Below the pieces are notes generated by a model. It was not told the origin of the DNA, did no database searches, and saw nothing but the letters and a program-made list of their open reading frames with translations. Positions 29,515-42,448 of a stretch of DNA of 64,000 bases are shown here, piece by piece (within the stretch, counting starts at the first letter, position 1; the number at the start of each line of letters is the position of its first letter). Source of the stretch: Stackebrandtia sp. (GTDB lineage Bacteria; Actinomycetota; Actinomycetes; Mycobacteriales; Micromonosporaceae); NCBI RefSeq assembly GCF_035643755.1, contig NZ_DASQPW010000297.1:13785-77784 (forward strand), read 5' to 3'. The translations under genes were made by a program, and so were the position numbers.

Positions 29515-30627
29515 TCAGCCGAAGGGTACCCAGGTGGTTTCGGTGGTGTACTCGGCCAGGGCGTCGGGCAGCGGCGCCGCGCCCAGACCCGGCCCCGTGG
29601 GCACCCGGACGCGCCCGTCGGCCTCGAGGACGAAGGGCGCGGTGATGTCGCGGGCGTAGTAGCGCGCCGAGGCGGAGGTGTCGCCGGGCAGGGTGAAGTT
29701 GGGCAGTGCCGCCAGCGCCAGGTTGGCCGCTCGCCCCACCCCGGTCTCCAGCATTCCGCCGCACCACACGGCCACGCCGTTGGCGGCGCACACGTCGTGG
29801 ACGCGGCGCGCCTCGAGGTATCCGCCGACCCGACCCGGCTTGATGTTCACAATGGACGTGGCCCCCAGGGCGATGGCGTCGGCCGCCGCGCGCGCCGACA
29901 CGATGGACTCGTCCAGGCACATCGGGGTGCTCAGCCGCCGGGCCAGCGCGGCGTGCCCGCGCAGGTCGTCCTCGGGCAGCGGCTGCTCGATGAGCAGCAG
30001 GTCGAAGGGGTCGAGCCGCGCCAGATGCCGGGCGTCGGCCAGCCGGTACGCGGTGTTGGCGTCGACCTGCAACGCCAGCGCGTCGCCGAAGCGCTCCCGC
30101 ACCGCCCGCACCGGCTCCACGTCCCAGCCGGGTTCGATCTTCAGCTTGATGCGCACATAGCCCTGGGACAGGTAGCCGTCCACGGCGTCCAGCAGCTCGG
30201 GGATGGAGTCCATGATCCCCACCGACACCCCGGCGGGCACGGCCTCGGCCACCCCGCCGAGAAAGTCGGTGAGGGACGTCGCGGTCTCGCGCAGCCGCAG
30301 GTCCAGCACCGCCATCTCGATGGCGGCCTTGGCCATCGGGTGACCCTTGAACGGCGCGAGGCGCCGCTCGACGTCCCAGGCCCGCAGCCCGGGGTCGCCG
30401 CCCAACGCGGGCAGGAAGTGCCGTGTCAGCACGTCGCGGCACCCGTCGACGTACTCGCTGGAGTAGCGCGGGTCGCTGTCGGCGACGCACTCGCCCCAGC
30501 CCTCGCCGTCGTCGGTGACCACCCGCAGCAGCAGCGCGTCGCGGACGGTCTCGGTGCCGAAGGAGGTGCGAAACGGCGCCACCAGCGGCAGCGCGACGCG
30601 GCGCAGTTCGACGCCCGTGATCCTCAT
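29515..30627 (-). CDS. N-succinyl/N-acylamino acid racemase / o-succinylbenzoate synthase (enolase superfamily)
   Basis: PFRTSFG, RIKLKIEPGWD, VDAN, IEQP, LDES, NIKPGRVGG, WCGGMLETG, LPGDTSAS. Confidence 0.92.
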   Translation of the reverse strand: MRITGVELRRVALPLVAPFRTSFGTETVRDALLLRVVTDDGEGWGECVADSDPRYSSEYVDGCRDVLTRHFLPALGGDPGLRAWDVERRLAPFKGHPMAKAAIEMAVLDLRLRETATSLTDFLGGVAEAVPAGVSVGIMDSIPELLDAVDGYLSQGYVRIKLKIEPGWDVEPVRAVRERFGDALALQVDANTAYRLADARHLARLDPFDLLLIEQPLPEDDLRGHAALARRLSTPMCLDESIVSARAAADAIALGATSIVNIKPGRVGGYLEARRVHDVCAANGVAVWCGGMLETGVGRAANLALAALPNFTLPGDTSASARYYARDITAPFVLEADGRVRVPTGPGLGAAPLPDALAEYTTETTWVPFG

Positions 30628-31301
30628 GGCCCCTCCACAACGTAGTGTCCGCCGCGGGTGACGCCCGTGATGACCTGTCCGGCACGCAAGAGCGGCAACA
30701 GGGCCTCGCGCAGCGCCGCGCGCGGCAGCGGCGGAACCCGCGGGTCGCCGTCGGGTTCGGGCAATCCCCGCGTGATGGCGGTGACGACGCGCGGCGAATT
30801 CACCCGCCAGTCGACCAGCAGCCGGTCGGTGGGGACGTTGGTGTTGAAGGCGTCGTCCATCGAGCCGTAGAAGTCGGGCAGGTAATCGATGGCCTTGGCG
30901 CCCAAGCGATGCAGATTGAACCGCGCATTGGGCAGCCGCGCCGGGTCGAACGTCCACCGGATCGAGTCGATCCCGCGCTCGATCGCCCAGTCGCGCTGAT
31001 GCAGCTTGATCGCGTACCCCACACCCTTGCCGCGCATGGATTCCGCTACCCCGACGACGTCGGAGTGCAGATGCCCGTCGGGCCCGCAATACGCCACCGC
31101 CCCCGCCACCAGCTTGCCGTCGGCGAGGGCCCCCGCGACGTAGTTTCCGGCGAATTCGATGGCGCGCAAGGCATGCGGGGCGAAGATATAAGAGGTGTCG
31201 CGGACCTGCCAGATGTCGGCCAGCAGATCCGCCAGGTCCTCGCAGTCGTCCATGCCGCGCATGAGACGGATCTCGAGGCCGTCGACGGCGTCGGGGCTCA
31301 T
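30624..31301 (-). CDS. GNAT acyltransferase (amino-acid N-succinyltransferase-like)
   Basis: LHSDVVGV...RGKGVGYAIKLHQR.WA...I.WTFDP...NARFNL..LGA...Y..DFYG...DRL.V.W; overlaps the NSAR start. Confidence 0.85.
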   Translation of the reverse strand: MSPDAVDGLEIRLMRGMDDCEDLADLLADIWQVRDTSYIFAPHALRAIEFAGNYVAGALADGKLVAGAVAYCGPDGHLHSDVVGVAESMRGKGVGYAIKLHQRDWAIERGIDSIRWTFDPARLPNARFNLHRLGAKAIDYLPDFYGSMDDAFNTNVPTDRLLVDWRVNSPRVVTAITRGLPEPDGDPRVPPLPRAALREALLPLLRAGQVITGVTRGGHYVVEGP

Positions 31302-31319
31302 GGCCGCACGCTACCGCGT

Positions 31320-32567
31320 TCAGCTCGGGTTCGTCGAGGCCCGCCGCGCGAACAGGGCGAACACCGGGACCGCGACGATGATCGCCGCGACCATCACCGT
31401 CACCATGCTCGACAGGGTGACGCCGCCGCTGGCCGTCCAGGTGGCCAGGGTCGGGATGCTCCCACCGAGGGTGAACTGCAGGGTCCCCAGCAACGCCGAA
31501 CCGGTACCGGCCACCGCCGCGGGCTGGCTGGCCAGCGCCAGCGACTGGCAGTTGGGGTAGACCAGGCCGAGGCTGAACATCATGGCGAACAGGAACACCG
31601 TCAGCCAGACCAGGTTGCCGCCGCCGGTGACGCCCAGCACCCCCAGCACGGCCACGGCCACCAGCGCCCCGCCGATCCCGGTGACGAGGCGGCGCCCGGT
31701 CTCGACCTTGCCGATCAGCAGCCCGTTGAGCTGGTTGCCGGCCAACAGGCCGATGGTGTTGATCGCGAAGATCAGGCTGTACTCCTGGGCGCTGGCGCCC
31801 AACTGGTGCTGCGACACCACCGAGAACGTCGAGATGTAGGTGAACATCCCGCCGAACATCAGCGCCAGGGTCAGGGCAGGGCCGATGAACCGGGCGTCGG
31901 TCACCAGGCCGCGCACGGTGGAGGCCATGGTGCCGAGGTTCATGCCGCGCCGCTTCTCGGGCGGGAGGCTCTCGGGCAGCAGGAAGTACACCAGCACGAG
32001 GCTGATCGCCGAGACACCGGTGAGGAAACCGAAGCCCAGCTGCCACGGCCCGAACTTCAGCATCTGGGCGCCGAGGATCGGCCCCAGCAGCGGCGCCAGC
32101 ATCGACACCAGGACCAGCCGGGAGAAGAACTTGGTGATGCCGTCGCCGTCGAAGTGGTCGCGGACCACGGCGCGGGCGATCACGGCACCGGCGGCACCGG
32201 CCAGGCCCTGTACGAACCGCAGCGCGATGAACACCCCGGCCGACGGCACGAACATGCACAGCGCCGACGCCACGACGAACACGGCCAGCCCGACGATCAG
32301 CGGCCTGCGCCGTCCCCAGGCGTCCGACATCGGGCCGATGATGAGCTGCCCGAGGGCCAGCCCGATCATGGCGGCGGTCAGGGTGAGCTGAATCTGTGAG
32401 CCCGAGGCGTTGAGATCCGAGGCGATGGTGGGGAAGGCGGGAAGGTACATGTCCGTCGCGAGTGGACCGGTTGCGGTGATCACTCCGAGAATGAGTACCA
32501 ATAGGACGATGTAGCGGCGGGGGTGCGCGGTCCGTTGGGAAGACAGGGACGTTGCGGGGGAGGGCAC
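31320..32567 (-). CDS. Bcr/CflA family MFS efflux transporter
   Basis: PLATDMYLPAFP, GPMSDAWGRRRP, LPESL. Confidence 0.9.
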   Translation of the reverse strand: MPSPATSLSSQRTAHPRRYIVLLVLILGVITATGPLATDMYLPAFPTIASDLNASGSQIQLTLTAAMIGLALGQLIIGPMSDAWGRRRPLIVGLAVFVVASALCMFVPSAGVFIALRFVQGLAGAAGAVIARAVVRDHFDGDGITKFFSRLVLVSMLAPLLGPILGAQMLKFGPWQLGFGFLTGVSAISLVLVYFLLPESLPPEKRRGMNLGTMASTVRGLVTDARFIGPALTLALMFGGMFTYISTFSVVSQHQLGASAQEYSLIFAINTIGLLAGNQLNGLLIGKVETGRRLVTGIGGALVAVAVLGVLGVTGGGNLVWLTVFLFAMMFSLGLVYPNCQSLALASQPAAVAGTGSALLGTLQFTLGGSIPTLATWTASGGVTLSSMVTVMVAAIIVAVPVFALFARRASTNPS

Positions 32568-32762
32568 GGCGAATCCTCGTGACGCGAAGGGTGAGTGCGG
32601 GGCGCGTCCCGGCCACGGTGTCGAGACGTTCGACGGCGACGTTACGCCCGATTGACCTCGGTGAACAGTGAATTGAGAGCGGCGCCACCGCCGCGGGAGT
32701 AATGACCAATCACGACAGTGCCTATTACCTGGGATGGCGCGCCCGGGCGGTGGTGGAGATCA

Positions 32763-33545
32763 TCATCCCGCCGCCGACGGCATAAAGTCCCTTAAGGACT
32801 CTATCGGCGGCTCCAGGCTTCCCGACTTCAACGTGACCGTGTCGCGATATCCCAGCCTGCGGTACAGCCGGTGCGTGGCGTCCTCGCCCACATAGGACCC
32901 CAGTGCCACCATCGGGTGTCCATCCTGGAGCAACTGGCGGGTCACCCACGACGTGATCGCCGAACCCAGGCCCCGCCTGCGGGCCCCTGGGTGGACGCAG
33001 ATCGACCCCAGCATCGGCCCGATGCCGTCGCCCGTGGAGGCCACGCCGCAGGCCACGATCCGTCCGTCGTCGTCGGTCGCCCCGAACCAGCGCTGGCCCG
33101 GTACCGCGGCGTCGGGGCGGTTCGAGGCGCCCGGGAACGCCCGCTCGATCAGGGCCTCCAGCTCCTCGTGGTCGGCGTCGCGAAACCACCGACAGGCCCC
33201 CTCGGCATCGGTGACGGGCGGGGCCGTGCGGGTGTGGAACCACACCCACTGGCCCACCCCGGACGGACGTATCGAGTCAGGAAGGTGGCCCAGTACCGCG
33301 GCGGGAACCGTGATGCGGTGCGGGCGGAACTCGGCGACCGCCGCCTCGCACAGCCGGGCGGCGGCGGCGGGCTGGCCGTACCCGAGCAGCAGACGCCTGC
33401 CGGTGGAGCGGCGATGCCACGCCACCGCGCCGTCGGCGGCGATGCCCGTGGCGCTGGTGGCGGCGAAGCAGGACACGAAGGGATCGCCGCCCGACGCGGC
33501 GATGATCGCGTCGCGCCCGCGCACGACGGTGTAAGGGGCATCCAC
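32763..33545 (-). CDS. GNAT family acetyltransferase
   Basis: ICVHPGARRRGLGS...LYRRLGY; start position uncertain. Confidence 0.8.
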   Translation of the reverse strand: MDAPYTVVRGRDAIIAASGGDPFVSCFAATSATGIAADGAVAWHRRSTGRRLLLGYGQPAAAARLCEAAVAEFRPHRITVPAAVLGHLPDSIRPSGVGQWVWFHTRTAPPVTDAEGACRWFRDADHEELEALIERAFPGASNRPDAAVPGQRWFGATDDDGRIVACGVASTGDGIGPMLGSICVHPGARRRGLGSAITSWVTRQLLQDGHPMVALGSYVGEDATHRLYRRLGYRDTVTLKSGSLEPPIESLRDFMPSAAG

Positions 33546-33631
33546 GCCGCCAATGCTTGCATCACGGTGGCCGGCGGGCAATCGCGCAGGCGTGTCGATC
33601 GGACCACACGGAAGCCGCGACGCTACAGTGG

Positions 33632-33647
33632 TCGAACGAACGTTCGC
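33632..33647. promoter_or_regulatory. LexA (SOS) box upstream of ruvC
   Basis: TCGAAC-GAAC-GTTCGC matches the actinobacterial TCGAAC-N4-GTTCGA consensus; follows a TACAGT -10 element. Confidence 0.8.
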
Positions 33648-33664
33648 GGCGAGGAGGTGGGCAG

Positions 33665-34195
33665 GTGAGAGTGCTGGGGATCGATCCCGGCCTGACTCGC
33701 TGCGGCGTCGGCATCGTCGAGGGGGAGCCGGGGCGGCCGTGCCGCCTGGTCGGCGTCCACGTGATCCGCACCGACCCCGACGACCCCATCGACGCGCGCC
33801 TGTTGCGTGTGGACACTCAGCTGGCCCAGTATCTTCGCGACTATCGACCCGACGCGGTGGCCGTGGAGCGGGTCTTCAGCCAGCACAACGTCGCCAGCGT
33901 CATCGGCACCGCCCAGGCCTCGGCCGTGGCCGTGCTGTCCGGGGCGCGCGCCGGTGTCAGTGTCGCCACCTACACTCCCAGCGAGGCCAAGGCCGCCATC
34001 ACCGGTTCCGGTGTGGCCGACAAGAAGCAGATGACCACGATGGTGACCAAACTGTTGCGACTGGACGCACCGCCCAAGCCCGCCGACGCGGCCGACGCCC
34101 TGGCGTTGGCCATCTGTCACGTGTGGCGCGGCGGCACCCAGGCCCGTTTCGCGGCGGCCCGTGCCGCCCTGGACCGCAAGGGGACCCGCCGATGA
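33665..34195 (+). CDS. ruvC: Holliday junction resolvase RuvC
   Basis: RVLGIDPGLTRCG, VAVERVF, DAADALALA; GAGGAGG RBS. Confidence 0.96.
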   Translation: MRVLGIDPGLTRCGVGIVEGEPGRPCRLVGVHVIRTDPDDPIDARLLRVDTQLAQYLRDYRPDAVAVERVFSQHNVASVIGTAQASAVAVLSGARAGVSVATYTPSEAKAAITGSGVADKKQMTTMVTKLLRLDAPPKPADAADALALAICHVWRGGTQARFAAARAALDRKGTRR

Positions 34196-34797
34196 TCGCC
34201 AGCGTCACCGGCACCGTGCAAAGCGTCGGCACCGGCGCGGCCGTGGTCTCGGTCGGCGGGGTCGGCCTGTCGGTGCGCGTCACGCCCGCCGCCCTGGCCA
34301 ACCTGCGCGTGGGGCGCGAGGCCACCCTGCACACCACCCTCGTCGTCCGGGAGGAATCCCTCACCCTGTACGGCTTCGCCCGCGCCGACGAACGCGACCT
34401 CTTCGAGCTGCTGCAGACCTCCAGCGGGGTCGGCCCCCGGCTGGCGCAGGCCGCGCTCACCGTGCACGCCCCGGGCGTGGTGAAACAGGCCATCGCCACC
34501 GGCGACACCACCACCCTGACCCGCATCCCCGGCGTCGGCAAGAAGGGCGCCGAGCGCCTCGTGCTGGAGCTGGCCGACAAGATCGGACCCGTCGGCGCCC
34601 CCGCCGCCGACTCCGTACCCCACGGCGACCGGCCCCCCGCCTGGCGCGACCAGGTCCAGCAGGGGCTCATCGCCCTGGGTTGGTCCACAAAGGAAGCGAA
34701 CACTGCCGTCGCCCGGCTCGACACCCAGGTCGACGGCGGGGCCACCGACGTTCCCGGCCTGCTGAAGCAGGCGATCCGGCTGTTGGGTAAGAACTGA
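34192..34797 (+). CDS. ruvA: Holliday junction branch migration protein RuvA
   Basis: [32 protein letters not shown]. Confidence 0.96.
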   Translation: MIASVTGTVQSVGTGAAVVSVGGVGLSVRVTPAALANLRVGREATLHTTLVVREESLTLYGFARADERDLFELLQTSSGVGPRLAQAALTVHAPGVVKQAIATGDTTTLTRIPGVGKKGAERLVLELADKIGPVGAPAADSVPHGDRPPAWRDQVQQGLIALGWSTKEANTAVARLDTQVDGGATDVPGLLKQAIRLLGKN

Positions 34798-35885
34798 TGG
34801 ACGAATACGGCGAGGACCCGTACGAGCCCGACATCGTGTCGCCGCGCGCCCAGCCCACCGAGGCCGGCGCCGAGGCCGGGGTGCGTCCGGCCAAACTGGA
34901 CGAACTGATCGGCCAGTCGCGGGTGCGCGAACAGCTCGAGCTGCTGCTGTCCGGCGCCAAGGGACGCGACGCCGCCCCCGACCACATCCTGCTGTCCGGC
35001 CCGCCCGGGCTCGGCAAGACCACCCTGGCCATGATCGTGTCCGCCGAACTCGGGGTGGCGCTGCGCCAGACCTCCGGGCCCGCCATCGAACGCTCCGGCG
35101 ACCTGGCGGCCGTCCTCACCTCCCTGGGCCCCGGCGACGTGCTGTTCATCGACGAGATCCACCGCATCGCCCGCCCCGCCGAGGAACTGCTCTACACCGC
35201 CATGGAGGACTTCCGGGTCGACGTCATGGTCGGCAAGGGCCCCGGCGCCACCGCGATCCCGCTGGACCTCGAGCCGTTCACCCTGGTCGGCGCCACCACC
35301 CGCTCGGGCCTGCTCACCGGCCCGCTGCGCGACCGCTTCGGCTTCGTCGGCCAGCTCGACTTCTACGACACGCCCGACCTCGAGGCCATCGTCCACCGCA
35401 CCGCCCGCATCCTCGCCGTCGAGATCACCGCCGACGGCGCCGCCGAGATCGCCGGGCGTTCCCGCGGCACCCCCCGCATCGCCAACCGGCTGCTGCGCCG
35501 GGTCCGCGACTTCGCGCAGGTCCGCGCCGACGGCGTCATCGACCGCGACATCGCGCACCGGGCGCTGGCCCTGTACGACGTCGACCGCATCGGCCTGGAC
35601 CGCCTCGACCGCGCCGTGCTGTCGGCGCTGGTGGAGTCGTTCGGCGGCGGGCCGGTGGGGCTGACCACGCTGGCGGTGGCGGTGGGTGAGCAACCGGATA
35701 CCGTGGAGGAGGTGTGCGAGCCGTACCTGGTCCGCGCCGGGCTGTTGGCCCGCACCCCGCGGGGACGCGTGGCCACCGTGCACGGCTGGCGCCACCTGGG
35801 CCGCACCCCGCCGGCGTCCTCGGCCGCGGGCGTGGCGCGGGCGGCGTTGTTCGACACCGAGACCCTCGACGACGACCAGGGATGA
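34797..35885 (+). CDS. ruvB: Holliday junction helicase RuvB
   Basis: [33 protein letters not shown]. Confidence 0.97.
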   Translation: MDEYGEDPYEPDIVSPRAQPTEAGAEAGVRPAKLDELIGQSRVREQLELLLSGAKGRDAAPDHILLSGPPGLGKTTLAMIVSAELGVALRQTSGPAIERSGDLAAVLTSLGPGDVLFIDEIHRIARPAEELLYTAMEDFRVDVMVGKGPGATAIPLDLEPFTLVGATTRSGLLTGPLRDRFGFVGQLDFYDTPDLEAIVHRTARILAVEITADGAAEIAGRSRGTPRIANRLLRRVRDFAQVRADGVIDRDIAHRALALYDVDRIGLDRLDRAVLSALVESFGGGPVGLTTLAVAVGEQPDTVEEVCEPYLVRAGLLARTPRGRVATVHGWRHLGRTPPASSAAGVARAALFDTETLDDDQG

Positions 35886-35983
35886 CGCGCCGGTTGTGGT
35901 CGTGTTCACGTACTGATATTGGCAAGCTAAACTCCGCAGACGTTCCGTCAATCCGTTCGTCCGTCATTTGAAAGGCGCTGCAC

Positions 35984-36436
35984 GTGCTTCTCCTCGCAGA
36001 CAAGGCCCCGGTCCTCGCGGCCAAAGGTTCCAGCCTGAGCGGCCTGGTCATGCCAGGCATCATCATCCTGTTGATGGTGGCCATGTACTTCTTCATGATC
36101 CGGCCGCAGAACAAGAAGCGCCGCGAAATGATGGAGAAGCAGCGCCAGTCCGGTCCCGGCGACACCATCGTGACCATCGGCGGCCTGCACGCGACGATCA
36201 TCGACGCCGACGATTCCACCGTGACCCTCGAGGTCGCTCCCGGCGTGATGTGCGTGTACGAACGCGCCGCCGTCGCGCGGGTCATCAGCGACGACGAGCC
36301 CACCACCGTCGACTCCACGGCCTCGGAGGCCTCCGAGGACTCCGAGCCCGCCGACGACGAGGAGCAGGTTCCCGCCAGCGCGGTCGTGGATCTCAAGGCG
36401 GACAAGAAGTCGGCCACGGACGGTACCCAGAACTGA
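35984..36436 (+). CDS. yajC: Preprotein translocase subunit YajC
   Basis: YFFMIRPQ.KKR, PGDTIVTIGGL. Confidence 0.92.
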   Translation: MLLLADKAPVLAAKGSSLSGLVMPGIIILLMVAMYFFMIRPQNKKRREMMEKQRQSGPGDTIVTIGGLHATIIDADDSTVTLEVAPGVMCVYERAAVARVISDDEPTTVDSTASEASEDSEPADDEEQVPASAVVDLKADKKSATDGTQN

Positions 36437-36510
36437 CACCCCCGCCACCGCGGTGCTCCCCTGGTGCCGCGGCGGCATGTCCGGCATCTAAGTAAGGAGA
36501 GTGGACGGCT

Positions 36511-38496
36511 GTGGCTCCAAAGCGGACAAAAGCGGCCCGGGGACGCAAGAGTGTCACCCGCAAACAACTGCGGGTGGCCCCGTACTTCGTGTCGCTAATC
36601 GTTGTCTTGGGGTTGGTGTGGCTGTCGGCAGTGGCCAGTGCCGGATTCACCAAGTTCCCCACCCCCAAGCTCGGCCTCGACCTGCAGGGCGGGGTCACCA
36701 TGACCCTGAAGGCCTCGTTGCCCAACGGGGACGCCCCCGACCCCGACCGCATGGAGCAGGCCCGCCAGATCATCGAGAACCGGGTCAACGGCACCGGTGT
36801 GGCGGAGCCCGAGGTCTTCATCGACAACGGCAGGAACATCGTCGTCAACGTGGCGGGCAAGGACACCAAGCCCGACCAGCTGCGCCAGGTGGGTGCCCCG
36901 GCACAGCTGCGCTTCCGCGAGGTGCTGCAGGGCCCGCAGGAGGACTACACCGAGCAGAACCCGAAGGACTTCCAGAACTCCGGCAAGAACTCCGACGACA
37001 AGTCCGACTCCAAGTCGAGCGACTCCAAGATCGGCTCCTCGGACTCGCCGTCGGACTCCGGCAGCGGCTCCAGCTCGAGCTCCAAGCCGTCAAGCGACTC
37101 CTCGTCGTCGGCCGACAAGAACAACGGTGAGGACCCGGCGAAGGAAAACGCCAGCATCAAGAAGCAGCGCGCCGCGGTCTACAAGAAGATCAACGAGATG
37201 GGCAAGAAACAGGACCCCAAGCAGAAGCAGAAGCTGGTCGACATCGCCAAGAGCTTCGCCTCGCAGGCCGCGTCCATGGCGCAGCAGGGCCAGCCCATCA
37301 CCAAGGACCAGATCAAGCAGTCCGGGCTGATGAAGACGTTGAAGCCCTTCGGCAAGTTGAAGCCGGACGAGGTGGCCGTGCTGCCGCCGAGCATGCAGCT
37401 GTACACGCCCACCATCGGCTGCGGCCAGCTCAACGGCCGCACCCCGGGCGCGGTGGCGGAGGTCAACGAGCAGGTCGTGGCGTGCAACCGTCCCAGCGAC
37501 GCCGAGATCTCCCAGGCCAAGAAGGCCAAGAAGCCGGTGCCGTACGTGAAGTACCTGCTGGCCAAGGCCCGCGTCGTCGGCGAGGACGTCTCCTCGGCGG
37601 GCGTGCAGAGCGACCCGCAGCAGGCCGGCAAGTTCGCCGTGGGCCTGGACTTCAAGAGCAAGAGCACCAAGAAGTGGCAGTCGCTGGCCAACGACACGGT
37701 CGGCAAGAAGGTCGCCATCGTGCTGGACAACGAGGTGATCTCGGCCCCCGTGACCGAGCAGGGCGCCGGCAGCGGCGGCCAGGTGCAGATCTCCGGCGAC
37801 TTCAGCTCCGACGACGCCAACCTGCTGGCCGAGCAGTTGAAGTACGGCTCGCTCCCGGCGTCGTTCACCGTGGAGACCATCGACGAGGTGTCGGCGACCC
37901 TCGGCCTGTCCCAGATGAAGGCGGGCATGTTGGCCGGCGGCATCGGCGTGGCCCTGGTGATCCTGTACTGCCTGGTGTACTACCGGGTGATGGGTCTGGT
38001 GGTGATCGCCAGCCTCGGCGCCTCCGGCGCGATCCTGTACCCCGCCATCGCGATGCTCGGCGCCCAGATCGGCTTCACGCTGACGTTGGCGGGTATCGCC
38101 GGATTCATTGTGGCCATTGGTATCACGGCGGACTCCTTTGTGGTCTTCTTCGAACGACTAAAGGACGAGATGAAGGAGGGCAGATCGACGCGCAGCGCCG
38201 TGCCGCGGGCGTGGACCCGGGCCAGGCGCACGATTCTGTCGGCCGACACCGTCCAGATCATCGGCGCCATCGTGCTGTACTTCCTGGCCATCGGCGTGGT
38301 GAAGGGCTTCGCGTTCACCCTGGGTCTATCGACCCTTGTGGACATCGCGGTGGTGTTCCTGTTCACCCACCCGCTGGTGTCGTGGCTGTCGCGCTTCCGC
38401 TTGCTGAACAACGAGAGCCTGTCGGGCCTGCACACCAAGCGGCGAAATTCCCCCGACGCCCCCGCCGGCGCCGTCACCCTGTCGAAGGAGTCGTAG
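36511..38496 (+). CDS. secD: Protein translocase subunit SecD
   Basis: LGLDLQGG, AIVLDNEVISAP, LKYGSLP, GITADSFVVFFER. Confidence 0.96.
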   Translation: MAPKRTKAARGRKSVTRKQLRVAPYFVSLIVVLGLVWLSAVASAGFTKFPTPKLGLDLQGGVTMTLKASLPNGDAPDPDRMEQARQIIENRVNGTGVAEPEVFIDNGRNIVVNVAGKDTKPDQLRQVGAPAQLRFREVLQGPQEDYTEQNPKDFQNSGKNSDDKSDSKSSDSKIGSSDSPSDSGSGSSSSSKPSSDSSSSADKNNGEDPAKENASIKKQRAAVYKKINEMGKKQDPKQKQKLVDIAKSFASQAASMAQQGQPITKDQIKQSGLMKTLKPFGKLKPDEVAVLPPSMQLYTPTIGCGQLNGRTPGAVAEVNEQVVACNRPSDAEISQAKKAKKPVPYVKYLLAKARVVGEDVSSAGVQSDPQQAGKFAVGLDFKSKSTKKWQSLANDTVGKKVAIVLDNEVISAPVTEQGAGSGGQVQISGDFSSDDANLLAEQLKYGSLPASFTVETIDEVSATLGLSQMKAGMLAGGIGVALVILYCLVYYRVMGLVVIASLGASGAILYPAIAMLGAQIGFTLTLAGIAGFIVAIGITADSFVVFFERLKDEMKEGRSTRSAVPRAWTRARRTILSADTVQIIGAIVLYFLAIGVVKGFAFTLGLSTLVDIAVVFLFTHPLVSWLSRFRLLNNESLSGLHTKRRNSPDAPAGAVTLSKES

Positions 38497-38500
38497 TCCC

Positions 38501-39676
38501 GTGAGTTTTCGCGACACCCTGGGCCGGCTGTACAGCGGCGACACCAAGGTCAACTTCATCGGCAAGCGGCGGGCGTGGTACCTGGTGTCGCTGGTGCTGA
38601 TGCTGGTGTGCGTCGGCGGCATGGGGCTGAGGAACTTCAACCTCGGCATCGAGTTCGTCGGCGGCACCCAGTTCCAGGCCACCGTGGTGCAAGGCATCAG
38701 CGCCGACCAGGTGCAAAAGACGGTGGAGTCGACCGGAGTCCAGGTCGCCTCCTCGCAGACGGCCGGCAGCGGTAGCGACGAGAAGTACATCGTCCACACC
38801 GACGGCGACCTGTCGAACAAGCAGCAGGAGAACATCAAGAAGGCGATGAGCGAGAAGCTGAAGGGCGAGGAGATCTCGGTCTCCAACGTCAGCTCCTCGT
38901 GGGGCTCCAGCGTCTCCCAGCAGGCGATCATCGCCCTGGTGGTGTCGCTGGTCCTGATCACCGCGTATCTGTGGTGGCGATACGAACGCAAGATGGCGGG
39001 GGCGGCGCTGATCGCGTTGGCTCACGACCTGGTGCTGACGGCGGGCATCTACGCCCTGGTCGGCTTCGAGGTCACGCCGTCCACTGTGGTTGGTATCCTG
39101 ACGATCCTGGGCTACTCCCTGTACGACACGGTCGTGGTGTTCGACAAGGTGCACGAGAACACCCGCGACGTGTTCTCCCAGCAGCGCTTCACGTACGCCG
39201 ACGGCGCCAACCTGGCCATCAACCAGACCCTGATGCGCTCCATCAACACCTCGCTGATCGGCCTGTTGCCGGTGGCGGGCCTGTTGTTCGTGGGCGCCGG
39301 GCTGCTGGGCGTGGGCACCCTGAAGGACCTGGCGCTGGTGTTGTTCGTCGGCATGCTGACCGGCGCGTACTCCTCGCTGTTCCTGGCCACCCCGCTGACG
39401 GTCGACTTCAAGCTGCGTGAGCCGCGGCTGAAGGAGCACACCCGCAAGGTGGAGTCGAAGCGGGCCGCCAGCGGCGAGTCCGACGTGGACGTCGCCGCCG
39501 CGGTGGAGAAGTCGGTCGCCGAGACCGAGGACGATGCCGAGACCGACGACGCCGACGAACCGGCGGAGGAGACGCCCCCGGTGCGTCCCAAGGCGATGAG
39601 CGGCGCCGGAGGCCCCCGCCCGGGGGCCAGGCCCGCGACCAAGCGCACCACCGCGAAGAAAAAGAAGAAGCGCTAG
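38501..39676 (+). CDS. secF: Protein translocase subunit SecF
   Basis: NLGIEFVGG, GYSLYDTVVVFD, NQTLMRSINTS. Confidence 0.96.
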   Translation: MSFRDTLGRLYSGDTKVNFIGKRRAWYLVSLVLMLVCVGGMGLRNFNLGIEFVGGTQFQATVVQGISADQVQKTVESTGVQVASSQTAGSGSDEKYIVHTDGDLSNKQQENIKKAMSEKLKGEEISVSNVSSSWGSSVSQQAIIALVVSLVLITAYLWWRYERKMAGAALIALAHDLVLTAGIYALVGFEVTPSTVVGILTILGYSLYDTVVVFDKVHENTRDVFSQQRFTYADGANLAINQTLMRSINTSLIGLLPVAGLLFVGAGLLGVGTLKDLALVLFVGMLTGAYSSLFLATPLTVDFKLREPRLKEHTRKVESKRAASGESDVDVAAAVEKSVAETEDDAETDDADEPAEETPPVRPKAMSGAGGPRPGARPATKRTTAKKKKKR

Positions 39677-39691
39677 ACGCCGAACAATCCG

Positions 39692-39725
39692 AAGGGGCCG
39701 CCGGGAACTCTCCCGACGGCCCCTT
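39692..39725. terminator. Terminator hairpin between convergent genes
   Basis: AAGGGGCCGCCGGGA...TCCCGACGGCCCCTT. Confidence 0.75.
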
Positions 39726-39738
39726 GGCATGCGAGTGG

Positions 39739-39987
39739 TTATCGGTCACCCATGCCCGTGACGTCCTTGATCTTCTCGGCGGCGGTGTCGATCTTGTCCT
39801 CGTACTTACCGCCGGTCTTCTCGTTGATGAAGTCGGCGCCCTTGTCGACCATGTTGTCGTTGCCGGCGTCCGCGCCCTTGGCCTGGCCCTTGGTCTCGGC
39901 CATCTTGCCTTCGGTCTTGCCCTTCATCTTCTCGACCTTGCCCTCGGCCTTGTCCTTGAGTTCTTCGAACTTGTCCGAGATACCCAT
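39739..39987 (-). CDS. Small hydrophilic protein, MT0933-like/CsbD-like
   Basis: MGISDKFEELKDKAE...VDKGADFINEKTGGKYEDKID; AGGAGG RBS. Confidence 0.8.
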   Translation of the reverse strand: MGISDKFEELKDKAEGKVEKMKGKTEGKMAETKGQAKGADAGNDNMVDKGADFINEKTGGKYEDKIDTAAEKIKDVTGMGDR

Positions 39988-40072
39988 GGTTGTGCCTCCT
40001 AAGCGGGTGTCGGAGTCACGTCCCACGCTAGGGCGCGACTCCTGCCGGCACAGCGAAACCCGCGAAAAAGGC

Positions 40073-42448
<2,376 letters not shown>

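Noticed and set aside
29515-30627. Calling the enolase-family gene menC of a menaquinone operon
   Set aside because: No other men genes nearby; coupling to a GNAT favours the racemase role, though bifunctionality is possible
32621-32633. TCGAGACGTTCGA as a second LexA box
   Set aside because: Half-site spacing does not fit TCGAAC-N4-GTTCGA
39739-39987. Toxin-antitoxin module
   Set aside because: MT0933-like proteins are often labelled antitoxin, but no toxin gene is adjacent
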